Source: Bradymonadia bacterium
Lineage (GTDB): Bacteria > Myxococcota_A > Bradymonadia > UBA7976 > UBA1532
Length of the DNA: 64,000 nucleotides
Assembly (NCBI GenBank): GCA_046290225.1
Contig: JBKAGE010000082.1
Coordinates: forward strand, 203,402-267,401
Direction of reading: 5' to 3'
A program made the position numbers and the translations under genes. Below, piece after piece: positions 59,716 through 64,000 of this stretch. Position 1 is the first letter of the stretch; each line of letters starts with the position of its first letter. The notes under the pieces are model-generated. The model saw nothing but the letters and a program-made list of their open reading frames with translations. It searched no databases and had not been told where the DNA came from.

Positions 59716-61317
59716 TCAGTTCCAGCGTTTCCAGCCGTTCAGGTAGTACGACAACACCTGGGGTCGGTCCAGGGTGCTGTGCTGGATGTGATCTGCCCGG
59801 ATGTCCGGGGGAAAATAAAACAAATGCGGGATCATCTCGGTCTCGAGGAACCGCGTGGGCACTGAGACAGCGAGCCTCGTGGGCTCGAGCTGACGAGGTG
59901 CATCGAGACCCTGACCGGCCAGCACAAAGCCCCAATCACCGCCAAATGACGGCACCTGCACGTGGTACGGACGCACGGTGAGCCCCGCAGCCCCCATGGT
60001 CTCCACGACACACCAGAACGCTTCTTTGGCGAAGTAGGGGCTCGTGGCCTGAGTGACCAGCACCCCTTTCGCCGACAACCTGCCGCTGAGCAGTCGATAG
60101 AACTCGCGGCTGTAGAGCCGGGCCAACGAGGCGTTATTGGGATCAGGCAGATCGGCGATGATGGCGTCGAAGCGCCGATCGGTCTGATCGAGAAACGCGA
60201 AGGCGTCTTCGTTGCGCACTTCGACCCGAGGATCATCAAGGCTCTTCAGGTTCAACTGGGTGAAGAGCGGATGCGCCCGGGCGAGCTCGGTGATGGCAGG
60301 ATCGAGATCGACGAGTACGACAGACTCGACGCCAGGGTGCTTGAGCACTTCTCGCACCGCGAGGCCGTCACCGCCCCCGAGCATGAGCACGTTGGCGGGC
60401 GTGCCCGCTGCGGACATCACCGGGTGCACCAGGGCCTCGTGGTACCGATATTCATCCGTGGCGGCAAACTGCAGATGCCCGTTCAAGAACAACCGCGTGT
60501 CGTGCTTGTTCCGGGTGACCACGATCTTCTGGTAGGGGGTCTGCTTGACCAGGGCCACTCGATCTTCATAGAGGGCGTCGTGCCAGGGCTTGAGCAGGTG
60601 CTCAGCGAAGATCAGACCCCCGATGAGGCCGACACAGCTCAGGGCCAGGGCCATCTGAAAGCCGCTGCGGGCCTTGCGGCTCATACGCTCGGGGAACGCC
60701 TGCACCACCAGGAATGCCACGAGCAGATTGAGCAACCCCACAGCGAGGGCGCTGCGGAACGTGCCCAGCTCGGGCAACAGCACGAATGGGAACAGCAAGG
60801 TGGCGGCGAGGGCCCCGAAGTAGTCGAGGCTGAGCACATTGCTGAGGTTCACCTCGAGGGTGAAGTGATCTTTGAGGGCCCGGGCGATGAGAGGGATCTC
60901 CAGGCCAGTGAGCAAACCCACCAGAGAGATCAGTATGGTGACGAAGACGCCATAGAGATCGGTATAGGCATAGACGAGATACAGCAGGGGCACGCTCAAG
61001 CCCCCGATGATGCCGAGGGCGAGCTCTACGCCGACGAACCACGCCATCACCGAGCCATTGATCAACCTCGAGACGAAAGATCCCATGCCCATGGCGGCCA
61101 TGTAGAGGCCGATGGTGATGGAGAACTGTTTGATGCTGTCGCCGAGAAAATAGGCGGAGGTGGTGCCGATGAGCAGCTCATAGACGAGAGAGCACAGCCC
61201 GGCGACAAAGATCGAGGCCACGAAGACCGAGGCCCGCCGGCGCCCGAGGGCGGGGGCTGATCCGAGATCTGCCCCCCCTGCCTCTGAAGAGGCCTCTGCC
61301 CGAGCACCGTCAGACAC
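59716..61317 (-). CDS. speE: Membrane-bound polyamine aminopropyltransferase (spermidine synthase-like)
   Basis: N-terminal TM domain (GLCSLVYEL...DYFGAL). TPYQKI, DEYRYHEALVH, LGGGDGLAVRE, DLPDP and VPSFG.DWGF. Confidence 0.92.
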   Translation of the reverse strand: MSDGARAEASSEAGGADLGSAPALGRRRASVFVASIFVAGLCSLVYELLIGTTSAYFLGDSIKQFSITIGLYMAAMGMGSFVSRLINGSVMAWFVGVELALGIIGGLSVPLLYLVYAYTDLYGVFVTILISLVGLLTGLEIPLIARALKDHFTLEVNLSNVLSLDYFGALAATLLFPFVLLPELGTFRSALAVGLLNLLVAFLVVQAFPERMSRKARSGFQMALALSCVGLIGGLIFAEHLLKPWHDALYEDRVALVKQTPYQKIVVTRNKHDTRLFLNGHLQFAATDEYRYHEALVHPVMSAAGTPANVLMLGGGDGLAVREVLKHPGVESVVLVDLDPAITELARAHPLFTQLNLKSLDDPRVEVRNEDAFAFLDQTDRRFDAIIADLPDPNNASLARLYSREFYRLLSGRLSAKGVLVTQATSPYFAKEAFWCVVETMGAAGLTVRPYHVQVPSFGGDWGFVLAGQGLDAPRQLEPTRLAVSVPTRFLETEMIPHLFYFPPDIRADHIQHSTLDRPQVLSYYLNGWKRWN

Positions 61318-61322
61318 GTCTG

Positions 61323-61559
61323 CTACTTCCCGCCGTGTACGCCCCCACCGGAATGGGAGGGCCCGCTGCGGCTGCCGCTGCGCACGCTGGGATCGTGATA
61401 GGTGCGCACCCCGCCCCAGTACCAGAACGAGGGACCGTGGTGATACCCACCATGACCGGCGTAGCCATAGCCGTTACACCCAGCGGAGAAGAGCAGGAAA
61501 TAGATGACGACCAGCAGCCCGATGAAGCCGAGCACGGTGGGGGTTCTCCAGGGGCTCAT
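61323..61559 (-). CDS. Small membrane-anchored or lipoprotein with Gly/Ser/His-rich tail ending GGK
   Basis: RBS GAGG, TM helix ending SAGC, and in-operon spacing just before speE. Confidence 0.75.
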   Translation of the reverse strand: MSPWRTPTVLGFIGLLVVIYFLLFSAGCNGYGYAGHGGYHHGPSFWYWGGVRTYHDPSVRSGSRSGPSHSGGGVHGGK

Positions 61560-61584
61560 CTGTGTACCTCACGCATCATGAATC

Positions 61585-62184
61585 TCAGTACTCGTCAGGG
61601 TTCCGGGCGGCGATCTGCGCCCGAGCCACGAGGAAGACCACGAGGCCGAGAAGCAACCCGAGGAAACCCGCGGCGAAGTGGGGCACGGTGCTGCCCACCA
61701 TGCGCTCGACCCTGATGGTGAGCTTGCCGGTCTCGAGCTCGCTCGCCTCCATGCCCAGGCCGATGTAGTACACGCCTTTTTGGGGCACGGTGATCTTGAG
61801 ATCGTAGTTGTTCTTGACCTCGCTCCAGGCACCGTCGTCGTAACCCGACTCGGCGTACAGCTCGTCAGAGAACGAGAAGAGCAGCTCGCGGTTGACGTCG
61901 AGCAGCTCACCCTCGATGACGGCCCAGCCGTTGGGGCTGCTGCTGTACCCGTAGTTGTAGGTGTCTTTGATCTGCCGCACGGGCATGTGAAACGACAGGT
62001 TGAGCACCGTGTCGTCTTCGGCGACCTCGATGGGCCCGATCTCACCCATGACCGTGTCGACGGTGAACACCTCAGGTGGGCCATCGGAGCCGCTGAAGAA
62101 CATGGAGGTCATCATGCAGATGACCCCGAAGACGAGCATGGAGATGCCGCAAGCCCTGGCTTTGTAGTAACCGGCCAACGCCAT
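61585..62184 (-). CDS. Hypothetical two-TM protein of the speE/DUF350 operon (resembles the C-terminal part of DUF4178-type proteins)
   Basis: RBS GAGGA, two TM segments and a SGYDDGAWSE motif. Confidence 0.65.
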   Translation of the reverse strand: MALAGYYKARACGISMLVFGVICMMTSMFFSGSDGPPEVFTVDTVMGEIGPIEVAEDDTVLNLSFHMPVRQIKDTYNYGYSSSPNGWAVIEGELLDVNRELLFSFSDELYAESGYDDGAWSEVKNNYDLKITVPQKGVYYIGLGMEASELETGKLTIRVERMVGSTVPHFAAGFLGLLLGLVVFLVARAQIAARNPDEY

Positions 62185-62316
62185 GATGTCGTTCCTCGGT
62201 GATGAAGCGTGGGGCCACGGTAGTCTGCGCCGACAGATTGATCAATCTGCCTGCCAATGAACAGTTTGGCGGCGCATGCAGTTGAAGCCCTGTGCATCGA
62301 CGTCAAGGGAGAAGCT

Positions 62317-62715
62317 GTGGAGTGGTTGACTCAAGGCGGACTCTGGCTGGTAGGCCTTTCGGTGGGCACCTTCGTGCTGGCCCTGGTGGCCCTGCCCTGG
62401 CTGCTGGTGAGACTGCCCGCCGATTATCTGATCCGCGCCCCGGCGGCTGAAGAGCGCGCCCCAGCGTTGCAGCGTCTGGCGCTGAACATCTTCGGTGGGC
62501 TGCTGGTCATCGCTGGGATGGCAATGCTCGTGTTGCCGGGTCAGGGGGTGCTCACGCTGATCGCAGGTCTGATGCTGATGGACTTTCCGGGCAAGCGGAC
62601 GCTGCTGGTGAAGTTGATCAACCGACCCAGCGCCCTCAAAGGCATCAACGCCCTGCGCAGGCGGGCCGGAGCACCCAACCTCACTCCACCCCCTTTGGCG
62701 GATGGGCCTCGATGA
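62317..62715 (+). CDS. PGPGW-family membrane protein
   Basis: LPADY...G..L...G..MLVLPGQG.LT...GL.L.DFPGKR. GTG start after AGGGAG. Confidence 0.8.
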   Translation: MEWLTQGGLWLVGLSVGTFVLALVALPWLLVRLPADYLIRAPAAEERAPALQRLALNIFGGLLVIAGMAMLVLPGQGVLTLIAGLMLMDFPGKRTLLVKLINRPSALKGINALRRRAGAPNLTPPPLADGPR

Positions 62716-63814
62716 ACTGGATGATCTCGTCCACGGTGTCGCAGATCGTCACGTACTCACCGTAGGGCCGATCGGCTGCGAGCTGCTTCAACAGGGGATA
62801 CACGGGCTTGGTCTCGGTCCAATAACAGGTGTCGAAGAAGATCATGGGGCTGATCTCACCGAGGGTGGCGTAATGGTTCTGGGTGGCGTCCTGGAAGATC
62901 TCCTGGATGGTGCCTGCGCTCCCAGGGGCAAAGACGATGCCGTGACGGGCGAGGGTCACGAGGCCGTCTTCCCGCACGCTGTTGGCGAAGTATTTGGCGA
63001 TGTGGCTGGCGAAGGGGTTCGGGGGCTCGTGCCCATAGAGCCACGTGGGGATCCCGAGGCTGTGATGTCGCTCACCTTCTGCGGGCCACCTCTCGCGCAC
63101 CTCGAAGGCCCGACTGAGCCACAGCGCATCGGTGTACTTGGGCGCCAGGGCGAGGTGATCGACGGCAGCGTCGAGCTCTGTTGCGCTGCGCTCGACGAAC
63201 CACGCCCCGAGGTGAGCGGCCTCCATGGCTCCAGGGCCACCACCACTGAGCATGAGGTAGCCCCGCTCGGTGAGCAGCCGCGCAAGGTGGGCCATGGTCC
63301 GATAACCCGCATCGGCCCGAGACATGCTGTGGCCCCCCATGATGGCCACGGGCTTCCACTCGTCTGCACTGAGGAAGTCGTCCACGGCATCGGTCATGGC
63401 GTGGTCGTGCAGCCGCCGGGCGAGGGCCTCCATAATGCTGTCTGGTGTGGCTCTGCCGGTGCTGGCCCAATGATCGTAGATCTGCGCGTCGGGGGTCTGC
63501 GCGTAGGTCTCGGGCTGCGCGGGGTCGAAGCCGGCATAGATCTCTTCGGGCGTGTAGAGATGGGGCCGATAGGGTTCGAAGGGCAGCCCCTCGAGGGCAG
63601 GAAATACGAGCGCGCCGCGGCGCCGGAGCATGGCCCAACCGGCATCGTCGAGGGCGCACCCGAGGCACACTGCGCCGTCGAGATGACCTTCTGGCAAAGC
63701 GCTCAAGCGATGGGTGAATGGGGTCAGGTCGAGGCCTTGGATCACGTGGCCGGCGAGCGATTGCTGGGTGGCGAGGTGGGCTTCGAGGGTCGGGATGTCG
63801 TGGATCTCTTTCAT
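62681..63814 (-). CDS. LOG family (Rossmann-fold nucleotide-binding) protein
   Basis: MGGH, SGGGPGAMEAA, PTWLYGHEP, NSVREDGL and PGSAGTIQEIFQD. Confidence 0.9.
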   Translation of the reverse strand: MKEIHDIPTLEAHLATQQSLAGHVIQGLDLTPFTHRLSALPEGHLDGAVCLGCALDDAGWAMLRRRGALVFPALEGLPFEPYRPHLYTPEEIYAGFDPAQPETYAQTPDAQIYDHWASTGRATPDSIMEALARRLHDHAMTDAVDDFLSADEWKPVAIMGGHSMSRADAGYRTMAHLARLLTERGYLMLSGGGPGAMEAAHLGAWFVERSATELDAAVDHLALAPKYTDALWLSRAFEVRERWPAEGERHHSLGIPTWLYGHEPPNPFASHIAKYFANSVREDGLVTLARHGIVFAPGSAGTIQEIFQDATQNHYATLGEISPMIFFDTCYWTETKPVYPLLKQLAADRPYGEYVTICDTVDEIIQFIEAHPPKGVE

Positions 63815-64000
63815 GGTGTGCAGTGAAGCCTGTGCTGGAGCCTGATGTCCAGGGTGGGCATGATCGATTGGCGCGTAGTGTCCAAGGCTAAAGAGAGTTT
63901 GTCGGGCACGGGCACGGACTCTCTATCAATTCGCAACCCCCCTTTTGAGGGTAGGTTTTGTGGTGTAGCGGAGGACAAGCCAAACCAGGACAACTCTTGG

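Noticed and set aside
63811..63993. 60-aa minus-strand ORF at the window end
   Set aside because: Atypical codon usage, no motif and no RBS. It is probably the promoter region of the LOG-family gene.

Overview
GC-rich bacterial DNA that looks like Myxococcota (MYXO-CTERM-like tag, PEGA/TPR plus lipoprotein pair, eukaryotic-like Ser/Thr kinase, CarD/CdnL, TraB-like OmpA barrel). The first ~12 kb is the 3' half of a contractile injection system (eCIS/Afp-like) locus: tube-initiator-LysM, gp27-like hub, gp25, baseplate J, tail-I wedge and fibre-like protein. It has three unusual features. No gp5 spike or PAAR gene is present in the window, and that slot holds a tandem Zn-ribbon protein. A PASTA domain is fused to the wedge protein. 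Two Zn-ribbon-FHA genes follow directly, one of them a VWA-bearing membrane protein. Further along are a PEGA/beta-propeller pair, an MCP-PilZ, two acyl-CoA enzymes, a Ser/Thr kinase, and asnB. Upstream of asnB is an unannotated Asn-Asn leader peptide with a classical attenuator layout. Next is a 4151-aa adhesin with an internal MYXO-CTERM-like segment and a second signal peptide ahead of a TraB-like barrel/OmpA. The rest of the window holds carD, several lipoproteins, an arsM-like/HSP90-like/two Cys-rich TPR paralog cluster, a hybrid histidine kinase, a speE-DUF350 operon and a LOG-family gene. I found no rRNA, tRNA, CRISPR array or transposase. All family calls come from motif recognition by eye, without database searches.
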